Positions 51,975 to 63,143 of a DNA stretch of 64,000 bases are shown here, in pieces (the first letter of the stretch is position 1; each line of letters opens with the position of its first letter). The stretch is from Chiloscyllium plagiosum (taxonomy: Eukaryota). Below the pieces are notes generated by a model. That model was not told the origin of the DNA, searched no databases, and worked only from the letters and a program-made list of their open reading frames with translations. The DNA is taken from positions 4,239,137 through 4,303,136 of the forward strand of contig NC_057751.1 of the NCBI RefSeq assembly GCF_004010195.1, in the 5' to 3' direction. A program made the translations under genes and the position numbers.

Positions 51975-53629
51975 AATGCTGTGGGGGTGGAGCCTGTATG
52001 TAAGGCTGAGACAGAGAGATTCTCGATCAGTCAGGGAATCAAGAGTCATGGGGAAAGGGCAAGGAAGTGGGCATGAGGAGTGTGGGATCAGCCGTGATTG
52101 TATTAAAAAGTGCAGGAAACTAGAAGGGCCAATTGGCTGAGACTGCTCCCATTTATCATGGTCTTCTGACATCAGGTAACTGACTCCAGGTAGACCTACT
52201 TTGGAAAATTTTATATGGTGGACTTTGAAAGACTTGAAGTCATTGCATTAAGACTCGTCACATATAACTTTAACCCCTCTGACCCAATATAGCTCAACAT
52301 ATCCCAAGGCCATGCCAAGTATTTATCGTTGACATTGAGAAATAGAATGGCTCACGTAGAGGGTAACAAGGTGGACTGCAAAATACTCTGCAGATGCTGG
52401 AAATCTGACATCACAACACAAAATAGTGGAGTCACAAAGCAGTTGGGGTACAGAGAGAAACAGCTCATTCTCTTCCAAGTGATTGTCAACACTGACATTA
52501 AAAAAGAAGGCACCATGGACTTCAAGTTGAGATTTTTGATCTTTTAAATTTCAAGTGCCAAACTTTGATGATTAGACTTGATGCAGAGTATGAACGCATG
52601 CTCATTTTTAAGAGACACAGAGAAAACTGAGAGAAATGTAGTGGCTGCTCCTTTGTATGGTCTTTTGTTTATTATTTATTAATGGGATCTGGGTGTCGCT
52701 GGCTGGGCCCAGCATTTATTGCCCGTCCCTAGTTGCCCCTTACGAAGGTGGGGGTGAGCTGCCTTTTTGAACCGCTGCAGCCCATGTGCTGTGAGTTGAC
52801 CCACAATGCCCTTCCGGCGGGGGGGGGGCGGTGCGGAATTCCAGGATTTTAACCCAGTGACAGTGAAGGAACGGCGATATATTTCCAAGTCAGGATGGTG
52901 AGGGACTTGCATTGGGTGGTGTTTCCATGTACCTGCTGCCCCTGCCTCTGCAGATGGTAGACATTTAGATAGAAGTGTCTAAGGAGCCTGGCTGCATTCC
53001 TGACCTGATAGGTGTAGAATCTCTGACACGTGGATCATATTTTGTTGTCGCTCAGACTTATCTTTCTCATCCATTGATGGCCATGCTTTCAGCTCTGGGA
53101 TTTCTCCATAACCTCCTCATTTTCTGACTCTTTGCAGCTTTCCTTCAAATCACAAAAAGCTGCCTCTTCAATGAATCTTTCTTCATCTGCCCTAACATGG
53201 GTTACTGTTGAATTTGGGTTGCGTTAGGTCTTTGGGACACCAATGAAGATGTCCCAGTGTCGATATTGAGTGGGAGCCTTTGAGACAAAGTTGGATCAAC
53301 CAACAAGAGGGAGGGAACTGCAAGGTCTGCAGCTGAAAGCAAGTAAGAAAGGGATTTGCAGACCTTTGACAAGCCTTCAGCAGGATCCTTGAATCTTTTT
53401 AAGCCAGAGTTTGACAACAAAGGGGCGGCGAATGTTTGTGTTGGTGTCCATGGATGTTTTAGAGATAAATCTGTTCAGGAGATGTGAGCGGTGCTGGCTG
53501 GCGAGGCCAGTATTTTACTGCCCATCTGTCATTGCCCGGAGAGAATGCCATCAGAGCCATCAGGATTGAATGGACGGGCTAGCAGACTGGGAGGAGAGGG
53601 GCAGAGTAGCCTACTTGTTTTTCTCATGG

Positions 53630-54800
53630 GCGTCCAGTGGAGGACGAGAGGTTGGCGCTGCACTGGCTCTCCCAGGCGGCCGGCGGCGTTGTAGCGGGAG
53701 GACCGCAGTCATTGGTTTGGCGCTGCAGTTGCGCTCCTATGCGGCGGTGGCGCTGCGACGGGAGGACCGGTTGGGTTGAAGTTCGGCGGGGTGTGGAGTT
53801 GCAGTGGGACTCCTATGCGGCTGGCGGCGCTGCGGCGGAAGACTTCAATCGTGGCGTTGGCGCTGCAGTTGCGTTCCTCGATCGGGAGGCGTGGCGTGGC
53901 GTGGCAACGGGGCGGCGCTGCGGCGGGAGGTCGGGGTGGGTGGAGCGGTCCGCTCTTGCTGCCACGTCACAGTTGGAGGTGAGCGAGGACTGGTGTTGTC
54001 CGGGTGACCGAGCCGGTGAGTGCAGGCGGAGGGTGGCGGGGGAACCGGACGGAGGGGGGACGCCGCCGCTGCTGCTGCTGCTCACGGGATGTCGGACGGA
54101 GAAGTCGCTGATCGTAACCACGCCCTATATCCATTGTGGCCAATGAAAAACAGAGAGTAAAAGTCCTTTTGGATTGTAAAAGGAAAGGTTGGGGGGGGGG
54201 GGGGAATGAAACGGTCCCCCATCACCTGCCCCTCACAACTGGGTCTGAGGATGGGGTTGGGGTAGAGGAAGGGGTGGGATGCCTCACTATTCCCTCCCTC
54301 CCTGCTCAATTGACCCACACTGGGCACAGCGATGTTTTCCAGCGCGTTTTTCTGGCTTAATCTGCTCTCCCTGCATCCCACAGCTGGGTGGGCTAGCACA
54401 GACTCGATGGGACGAATGGCCTCCCTCCTGCCAGTGCCCCGCAAGGGGTCTTTCCTTTTTTTAAAATTCCTGCCTGGCCCCCTTGCCCACTGTGACCTCT
54501 GCGGCACCCGTGGGCACATGGCCATCGGGAGGAGGCCACTCGGCCCCGTTGAACCAGCCCTGTCACTCCGTAAGGTTTTGCCCTGCCGCTCGCCACTAAT
54601 CCGACGTGGGCCCCTGGCGCCCGCTGGGTCTCAGAGGCTGGGGTGGGCGCCTGCAGCGTTTTGCCGTTGCTCACGGACCTTTGCCTTGTTTGTTTCTGAT
54701 CGCCCTGCAGGATGAAGTGAAGGTGCCCTTCCGAACCTGAGGCGAGAGCGCAGCCAGTCACACAACGGCCTGGTGTGCGGTCGACCCCCCCCCCCCCCAC
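53630..54800 (+). promoter_or_regulatory. CpG island, probable PLPP5 promoter with non-coding first exon (donors at 53978|gtgagc and 54015|gtgagt)
   Basis: By far the most CpG-dense segment in the window, 5 kb upstream of a coding exon that has its own splice acceptor. Confidence 0.65.
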
Positions 54801-55080
54801 CGGTCCACTTTGATGGTACGTACAAGGCCGCCTCTGTGCCCGCCTGATGTTGCAATGTTGATAGGAGAGGGCACGATTGATGAGAAGGTGCCGCTGTATG
54901 CATATAGGGTGGAGGGGTCTTGGGTTTTGGGGTCGCTGAGACTGGCATCAGAGGGCTGTTTCCACTGGCAGGAGGATTGGCATCTGGAGCAGCCAAAACA
55001 GAAAAAAAAACTGCTAAAAGAACTAATGGGTGCGTGACAGATGTTGTGACGAGTTGGAAGGCAACGCTTTGATAGACAAT

Positions 55081-55367
55081 GATTAGATTAGATTAGATTA
55101 CTTACAGTGTGGAAACAGGCCCTTCGGCCCAACAAGTCCACACCGCCCCGCCGAAGCGCAACCCACCCATACCCCTACATTTACCCCTTACCTAACACTA
55201 CGGGCAATTTAGCACGGCCAATTCACCTGACCTGCACATCTTTGGACTGTGGGAGGAAACCGGAGCACCCGGAGGAAACCCACGCAGATACGGGGAGAAC
55301 GTGCAAACTCCACACAGTCAGTCACCTGAGGTGGGAATTGAACCCGGGTCTCTGGTGCTGTGAGGCA
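55081..55367 (-). mobile_element. V-SINE (young, HE1-like)
   Basis: Very similar to 12647-12960; (gatta)n tail. Confidence 0.88.
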
Positions 55368-57844
55368 CAATAGAAGCAACTTCAACATGAAATTTCCAAA
55401 GGGCTACCTGAGGGATGATTGGGTGAGGGAGGAACCCCAGCAGGGAGGAATTGGTCAAGATTGTGTGAAAGTGTGCAGCCTTTTCCCATGATCCTTTATC
55501 TGTGGGACATTGAAACAGGGAGCAACAAGAGGCCACTTGGCCCTTTACGTCTACCCCACCATTTGATAAGATCATCGCTGATCACATTTTAGCATCACCT
55601 GCACGACCCTAATAATCTTTTATCCCCTTGGTAATTAAAACAGTGTTTTAGAAATGCTGAAAGATTCTGCATCCATTGCCTTTTGAGGAAAGGAATTGCA
55701 AACAATCCCAACCCTTGGAAAGCATAAAAGCTGTTCTCTCTGAAATGGGTGTGCCCTGATTTTTAAACCATGACTCCTGGTTCTCGATTCTCTGACAAGG
55801 GGAGATCTCTCCATGTCCACCACAGGATCTTGTCTGTTTCAGTGAGGTCACCTCTGTTTGTTCTGAACTCCAGATGATACAGCCCTCGCCTGTCCAGCCT
55901 TGCCTCAGAAAGCAATCTGCTTATTCCAGGCATGAGCTAGAAAGCCTTCACTGACCTGCTTCCAATGCATTAGCATGATTGTGTACGTACAGTGACCTGT
56001 AGTGGACACAGTACTCCAGACATAGTCTCACCTGTGCCCTGTTGGACTGAAGCCTGATCTTCTGACTGCTGCATAAAGCAGAACATTCCGTCAGCTTCCC
56101 TGATGACTGCTTGTACCTGCACACGAACCTTCTTGGGTTCAGAACTGTAAAGATAGTGTGTGCATACCTGGCAAAGCTGCAGGCTCAAAGCTGAACCTGT
56201 TTTTGATTTGTTGTGCAGAAGCAGTTCCAGAATCCTGACAGACGAGAGTCTGAGATACGTGCTCGGTTCATGTGGTGATATTCTCCTGTCATCATAACAC
56301 CCCTCACTCAAGAAACAAAACCGCTAGAAGGTTCTTCAGTGCAGGCCATAAAGATCAACTTGTTCGGATCTGTTGGATAATATCCAGCCTTGGTGAGAAC
56401 CACATCTCAAACACTGAACACTTACAGTCCCCTTATTTAAGGATTGATGTCAGTACTTGGGATGTGGTTCAGAGGAAGTTTACCCCACCAATACCAGGAG
56501 CAAGTGGGTTGTCTTTCACTGCGAGGGTGGACAAGTTGGGCTTGCTTTTACTCGAGGTCAGAAGCATGAGGGATGACCTGTTAACGTGATGCTGAATGGT
56601 TTTCACAAAGTGGATTTGGAATGGATGTTCCTGCTTCTGGGCAGAAGGACTGGGCACTCTTCAAAAAATTAGGAATCACCTTTTCAGGGCAGACGAGGAG
56701 AATTTTGCTCTCAACAGGCTGTGTGTGTTTGCAACTGTGCCTCAGACATTGGTGGGGACAGTGTCATTGATATTATTTGAGGCACAGGAGAATAGGTTCT
56801 TGTGACGCAGCTGAATTGAACAGAATCAGAGGGTGGACAGGAATGTGTAAGTTGGACCATAACCCCTAAATAACCAATGATTTCATTGAATAATGGAGCA
56901 AGCTGGAGGGGCTGAATGGCCTATTTTCACTCCTCATTGATATATATCTGGCACACTGGGACGTGAAAATTTTCCCTTGGATGGGGGATTTGTAGTCCAG
57001 AGAGTATGTTTTTCGGGTGAGAGGAGAGAGATTTAAAAAAGATATGGGGGTGGTTTGTGGAATGAACTGCCTGAGGGAGTGGTGGATGTGGGTACAGTGA
57101 CAGCATTTCAAAGATATTTGGATAAGCACATGAATAGGAAAGGTTTGGAGGGAGATGGGCCAGGAGCAGGCAGGTGGGACAAGTTGAGTTTGGGATTATG
57201 GTCAGCATGGACTGGTTGAACCAACGGTCCTTTTCCGTGCTGTATGATGCTCTGGGCTTCACAAGATTTCTTAGCTGTTCAGAGAGAAGAATGAAAAGTT
57301 AGGTGTGAATCCAGATTCTGGTTTGGGAGGATTGTGATGAAGCTGATACTAGGACAGTGTTTCCCCTTGTGGGGGAATTGAGACCAAGGGCACATGGTTA
57401 CAAATTAGGAGTCTCCCTTGAAAATGGCACAGCAGAGGAGTTTCTGCTCCGACATGGTCGTTAGTATTTGGGATTGTCTTCCAATGTGGTTTGCCCGCTT
57501 CCTTACCAGAGTTGGTTCATGAATGTGACTGCAAAATCAGCTCAGGTGTTTGAAAGATCTTTCTCTGAGCTTGTATTTGTTCATACAGTTTGGGGCAATG
57601 CAGGAGTTGATGGGCAGAAAAGCTCCTGTAGGACTGGAAATGACTGCGAACTGTGGCTTGGTTCAGGGGAATAGGATATCAAAGGGACATCCAGCACAGA
57701 GAGGCCCTTCGACCCATCGAGTCTGCATTAATTCCATTTTCCAGCCCTTCCAGATACTTCCAATGCGCGTCCAAGGAGTTGTTGAACATTGTGAGGTTTC
57801 CCACCTCATCGACCCTCCCTGGCCGTGCATTTCACTCTGTGACT

Positions 57845-58460
57845 TGTTATGGACCAGGCCAGAGCCCCTCTCAACATTTCAAGAAAGTAGCCCAGACTCG
57901 AACCTTGCAAATTGTTTTAAGCAGGTGTAGTGTGGATATTCCAGGAGGGATGTAGCTGGCCCAACCACTTAAGTTTAAACAGGATAGAATTTATTTACAA
58001 GAGTACCGAATGAAACACAAACCACAGAAAACAGAATACTGAGTAACTTAACCTCTCCGAAAATCCAACAGACAATCCCCATTTAATGATGCTGTTCCAA
58101 ATACTTGCAATAATGCCCATAAGCAAAAGGTAAAACCAAACCCGGGGTCTTCCAGGAGAGAGGTCAGAGAGAGAGTACCAGCCTGGACCTACTCCTTTGG
58201 GTCCAGCAGCTTTTTCCACAATACTGCTAAAACCCAAACCAAACCAGAGAGAAGCTGAGCTGGGAGAGCTGGCTGCTCCCCTTTCATTGGACAAGGGTTT
58301 GTTAAACTTGAAAGCCTCTACTTGAGGCAGTATCTGTTAGTTATTATCACATTGGCCCCAAAAACCCTTCAACCCCAGACTTTTCGGAGTCGTTTGCGAC
58401 CTCTCTTTAAAAAAAAAACCAAGGGCTACGTAATCTCATTAAAGAATCAGCGTTGTCACA
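57845..58460. mobile_element. Solo-LTR-like element
   Basis: tgttatggacc...cgttgtcaca termini; homologous to 25809-26665; no clear TSD. Confidence 0.5.
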
Positions 58461-58489
58461 CAGTACCTTCCAGGGGGACGTGTTGTTTC

Positions 58490-59350
58490 TCAAATACCTC
58501 CTGCCTTTCACCTTCAAATTGTTCTCCTTGTTATTATCAACTCAGGGGAATAACTGCTTTCTCTCCATCCTGTCCGTGCCCCTTGTCGTCTTCCACACCT
58601 CTGTCAGATCCCTTCTCCGTTTTCTTCACTCTAACCCAAGCTTATCCAGCGCCTCTCTGCTGCTGAAACGCTCTATCCCAGACAACATCCTGGTGAATCC
58701 ACTGTGCACCCCCTCCAGTCCAATCCCATCCACCCTCTCGTGTGGGGACCAGAACCGCCACACAGTCCTCCAGCTGGGGCCGAACCCAAGTCCTGTGCAG
58801 TTCCAACATCACCTCCCTGCTCCGATAATCAATGCCATGATTGACAAAGGCAAGTGTCCCGTATGCCGCCTTAACTCCTTTGTGAACGTGTCCTGCTGCC
58901 TTTGGGAGTTTGTGGGCGAGCACCCCAAGATCCCATTGCTCCTCTCAGCTTCCCAGCGTCCTGCCATTCATTGAGTACTCCCCTGCCTTATTGCTTCTTC
59001 CAATGTGCATCGCCTCACAGTTGGCAGGTTTAAATTCCATCTGTCGCTGATCAGCCCATCTGATCAACCCGTGTGTATCCTTCTGGAACCCAAGGCCTTC
59101 CTCCTCATTATCAACAGCTTGGCCAATCTTTGTGTCTTCTGCGTACTTAGTGTATAATACTCCTTCTTTATTGTTCATACATAATCAGGGGCAGAGGGGA
59201 GGCCCCAGCACTGATCCTTGTGGACCGCCACTGGACACCGGCCTCCATTCCAAACACCACCCTCTGTCTCCTCGCACTGAGCCCATATTGGATCCACCTT
59301 GCCGAGTGACCCGGGATCCCATGTGCTTTTGTCTTGTCTTTCCAAACAGG
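58490..59350 (-). mobile_element. Old CR1 ORF2 remnant abutting the PLPP5 exon
   Basis: Minus-strand peptides KAHGI.G...WIQ..LS.RRQRVV, KYAEDTKIG, KAAYGTLAFV. Confidence 0.8.
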
Positions 59351-59390
59351 TCGGCAGTGAGACGCCAGGCACCTGAACGCTCGGGTCACC

Positions 59391-59461
59391 ATGCGGAAGA
59401 ATATTGTAGTTAACTTAATCTGTGAGGTGGCGCTAAGATTATTCCTGTTTGCAGTATTCCT
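59391..59461 (+). CDS. PLPP5: PLPP5 first coding exon: MRKNIVVNLICEVALRLFLFAVF(L); exon begins at 59350
   Basis: Kozak-like gtcaccATG, donor CT|gtaagt, acceptor aacag| at 59349; resembles PLPP4/5 'EVGVRLALFAAF'. Confidence 0.88.
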
Positions 59462-59693
59462 GTAAGTCTTTGTTTCCTGTCACTATTCTGTCTATGGTGG
59501 TGTTACCTATCTCGCTGCTGTAAAGTTTGACCATGGTTACAAACTGCCAGTACCCATCACTCCTGACAAGTGTCCTGCTGTTGCTGAAGTCGATGTTATT
59601 TAAAACAAACCCCACTGCTGCTCATGTTGGCAGTGTGTTCAGGGGCTGCCATGTAAGGTACAGGAGGAGAATTAGGCCCACACTTGGCCCATT

Positions 59694-59889
59694 AAGTTAC
59701 AAATCACACAACATCAGGTTATTGTCCAACAGGTTTATTTGGGAGTACAAGCTTTCAGAGCGCTGCTCCTTCGTCAGGTCACTAGTGGAGCAGGATCACA
59801 GCTACCTGACGAAGGAGCAGCCCTCTGAAAGCTTGTACTCCCAAACAACCCTGTTGGATGATAACCTGGTGTTGTGTGAGTTGTAACTT
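59694..59889. mobile_element. Penelope-like inverted-repeat element with two intact hammerhead cores (family B) in a PLPP5 intron
   Basis: ~85-bp inverted arms; + copy tac-CTGACGA-A-GGAG...CTCT-GAAA-GC-TT-gta at 59803-59837. Confidence 0.68.
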
Positions 59890-60646
59890 TGTCCACCCCA
59901 GTCCAGCATCTTGGCCCATGAAGTCAGCTCCACCATTTACTCATGGCTCCCCAACTCCGTTCTTCTGCCTTCTCCCCATAACCCTGGATCCTGTCTTTCC
60001 AGACAGGTCAGCACAAAAATACCAGGCACTAGAAAGCTCTGTCTTAAATACGCTCAGTGACTTGGCCTCCACAGATCCACACCCTCTGCTGGAGAAACTC
60101 CCCACCATCTCAGTTCGAAAGGGTTGTCCCTTCACACTGAGGCTGAGCCCTTGGGTTCTCATCTTTGACGCTGGTGGAAACACCTTCTCCACGCCCACTC
60201 TGTCCAAGTCTCTCTGTATTCTGTCAGTGTCTGTGAGACGTGGGTGTCAGCGGCCAAACTAGCATTTATGTCCCATCTCTACTCTCTTCCCCCACCCCCC
60301 GTCCACTCTGTGGTGAGTGGGGAGTCAGCCACGTTGTATTGGGTCTGGAGTCACAGGTAGGCCAGACCAGGTAAGTTTGGCAGATTTCCTTCCCTGTTGA
60401 TGCATGTTGATGAACCAGGTCGGGTCTTTGCAGTAGTGGGCAGTGCTCATTGAGCCCGGTTTTCATGTATTGATGAAGTTTCACCATCTGCCCTGCTGGG
60501 ACTGTCCCCAGGCTACGGCCACGAGCTGGGCAGATCCCGTGGCGGTGCTGTACCCAGCTCCCGATGGGCTGAAGGAAGGGCTCGTGCTCTGGGAGAAGGG
60601 ACTGAGTGACAATTTCCTGTGTGTCTGTGCTGTATGTATTCCGCAG

Positions 60647-60755
60647 GATTACTGAGACGTTGACTCCGTTCCACCGGATCATCCACCCGGAGGAAATGTG
60701 GCTGTACAAGAATCCCCGGAGCGAGCGGGATACTGTCCCCACCTGGCACATGTTT
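60647..60755 (+). CDS. PLPP5: PLPP5 coding exon: ITETLTPFHRIIHPEEMWLYKNPRSERDTVPTWHMF
   Basis: cgcag|G...TTT|gtaagt, 109 nt; 'PFxRxIxPEEMWLYxNP' motif. Confidence 0.95.
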
Positions 60756-61289
60756 GTAAGTGAAATCGGGGACCCCCTAGACCATCTCAGTTCGAAAGGG
60801 TCGCCCCGGCTAAATTGTGTGGAGGTGGGGATGGGGGGGGAGAGTGCACAATGGACAGCAGCACACCTGTGACCGTGATCTCTGCTCCAGCTTCATCTGG
60901 ATAGCTGCAGATGTCTCGCTTCCTCAGGGCCCTCCTGAAAAGCCCCTTCCCCATTCGAGTGTCACTCTGCGAGGGCCTGCGATGTGAAACCCGTCAGCGG
61001 GAACCCCGAGAGAAAAGTCTGCATCTTTTCTTAGAACATCATGGCCCTTGACCCGAGGAGGCGTTGGGACCTGGACGGGATTGTTCTGTCCAGCCCAAAA
61101 GCTGCCGCTTGTGTCTCACCGCATCTTACCTGACAACCGCTGACCACGAGCCATCTCCTGAGGAGCTCTCTCTTCCTCCTCTTAGTCATTCCTGCCACTT
61201 AGATACCTGTCCTGACTGAGCCAGAGGAGTCTCCGAGACTAGGACTGGAGGCCACTTCCCCAGGGAGGAAAATAACAGTGTGCCTGTTC

Positions 61290-61530
61290 TCTCTCCCTGT
61301 CCCCCTCTCCTTCTTCCCTCCCTCTCCCCACCTCTTTCCCCCCCTCTTTCCCCCCCTCTCCCCACTTCTTTTCCCCCCNNNNNNNNNNNNNNNNNNNNNN
61401 NNNNNNNNNNNNNNNNNNNNNNNNNNNNNNCCTCCTCCCTCTCTCCCCTCCTCCCTCTCTCCCCTCCTCCCTCTCTCCCCTCCTCCCTCTCTCCCCTCCT
61501 CCCTATCTTCCCCCCCTCTCTCCCCCTACC
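61290..61530. repeat. CT-rich low-complexity tract with assembly gap (N 61379-61430), also the polypyrimidine tract of a PLPP5 exon
   Basis: Direct inspection. Confidence 0.9.
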
Positions 61531-61532
61531 AG

Positions 61533-61623
61533 GCCATTTCATTCCTGACTCCACTGATGGTGATCCTGCTGATGAAGGTGCTGAATCGATCAGAAAACGG
61601 GGATGTGAAGGAGGGTTGTCTAG
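61533..61623 (+). CDS. PLPP5: PLPP5 coding exon: AISFLTPLMVILLMKVLNRSENGDVKEGCL
   Basis: Long CT tract + accag|GCC...G|gtgagc, 91 nt; hydrophobic transmembrane segment. Confidence 0.93.
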
Positions 61624-62079
61624 GTGAGCGACCTTTGTACGTTTAGTCTCCACGGGAAGCCAGGGCCCAGCGGAAGAATGTTCCTCTTGGAATAAACGGA
61701 GGGAGTCTTTCTGACGCACACCATTCCACAGGCCTCTTGAGCAGGCGAATGCAACTGCCAATGGGTGCACAGCAAGATCCCAAGTAAGCAGCCCGACTGA
61801 GGACTTTGTTTGATTGTAACTGGGTGCTGCTTGGGGGGTTGGGTGTCAGATATTGGTCTGAAACAGCTCCCTTCAGGGACAGGAGAAATGTTTTACACCC
61901 ACACCGTCACTCCCTCAGGAGTGAAATTGATCCTTCTGCCTGCACTCACCAGCCTTGGCAAGTCGAGAGGGTGGGACTTTCTCCGGATCTCTGATGTACT
62001 CACTGATCAGTGACTGTCTGTAATCCCTCCTCGCTCCCCATGCTTCGGGCATCGCTAATTGTTGTCTTTTCCCATGCAG

Positions 62080-62143
62080 CTGCCTCCCTGGGTCTGGTTC
62101 TAAATGGAGTGATCACAAACACTTTGAAACTTGTGATTGGAAG
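62080..62143 (+). CDS. PLPP5: PLPP5 coding exon: (A)ASLGLVLNGVITNTLKLVIG(R)
   Basis: tgcag|CT...AG|gtaagt, 64 nt; start of PAP2 motif C1 (KxxxxxxRP). Confidence 0.95.
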
Positions 62144-63143
62144 GTAAGTCAGGACACACGTGACATTTTCCTGCAGCGATAGTGCAGGGGGTTATGTCCC
62201 ACTGGACGGCCTGAGCATCCGAGCAGGGTCTGGACCTGAAAGCTGAAGATGTAATTCATCGTCTGGGGATTTCAAAACCCTGTGTGTTGCATCTCGGCTC
62301 ACCCCCAGTGATAGCTCTGAAACCGTTCACCCTTAACGTGGTGATTCAGCACCTCAACTTGAACAAGTCATCAGCACATGGGCTTTGGAGTTGTCCAGGG
62401 GTTGGACCTTGACACACATTGGGTTATCTCCAGAAAGGCACATTGGGGACTAACTGTGTTCTGGTACAGAATGGCTGACCACAGTGCTGTGACAGAGCAT
62501 CATTCGACGCCTGGTCATGCCAGTTATTCTCTGAATGACTCCCAGCACCTTATCCTCAGCAGCGACCAGGTCATGGCTAATCTCCCCAACCTTTAAAGAG
62601 CAGTAGACATCCACCAAAACACTTGGATCCCTTTGTCCCACAGGGCTGTGCAGTGTTTACTCAGACTGACAGGGACAAAGTTGCACTTGTTACTAGTTGC
62701 ATTTATGACAACATTTAAAAGGCATCTGAATGGGTATATGAATAGGAAGGGTTTGGAGGGATGTGGGCCGGATGCCGGCAGGTGGGACTAGATTGGGTTG
62801 GGATATCTGTCGGCATGGGCCGAAGGGTCTGTTTCCGTGCTGTACATCTCTCTGACCAGTGTTGATGCTGGCTTTGATTTCCTTCTGTTGCAACTTTGGG
62901 AATGTATCTGTGGTGTTTGGTTCTCTGTGTATTTTGGACAGTGAGGGAGACTGTTGTGACTACTCTCTGGCAAATGCGGTTTGACCAGAATTGCTGCTGG
63001 GATTGTCAGTGGGTGCCTCCCATTTGTCTTGGATCTCTCACCGTCGAAATGATTTGACAGAGAAGGTGGTAGCTGGGCAGGGCTGACACATGGGCCATGC
63101 GCTGTGAAAGTTCAAGCTGGTGACTGTGTCCTCTGCTCTGCAG

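Noticed and set aside
53491..54996. Overlapping 100-170 aa ORFs in the CpG island
   Set aside because: Stop-codon scarcity in GC-rich DNA; low-complexity peptides without recognisable domains.
39319..56284. A phase-compatible minus-strand four-exon model (~56167-56284, ~44027-44158, ~41511-41695, ~39319-39505) with faint resemblance to a START-domain C-terminus
   Set aside because: Several splice sites are weak (gtctga, gtgttt, poor pyrimidine tracts), frames were chosen after the fact, no convincing homology, and it would cross the PLPP5 promoter; probably pattern over-fitting.
61186..61770. 194-aa minus-strand ORF followed by an in-frame TGA (possible selenocysteine or readthrough)
   Set aside because: Antisense shadow of a PLPP5 exon plus a CT-rich tract and N gap; no SECIS or homology evidence.
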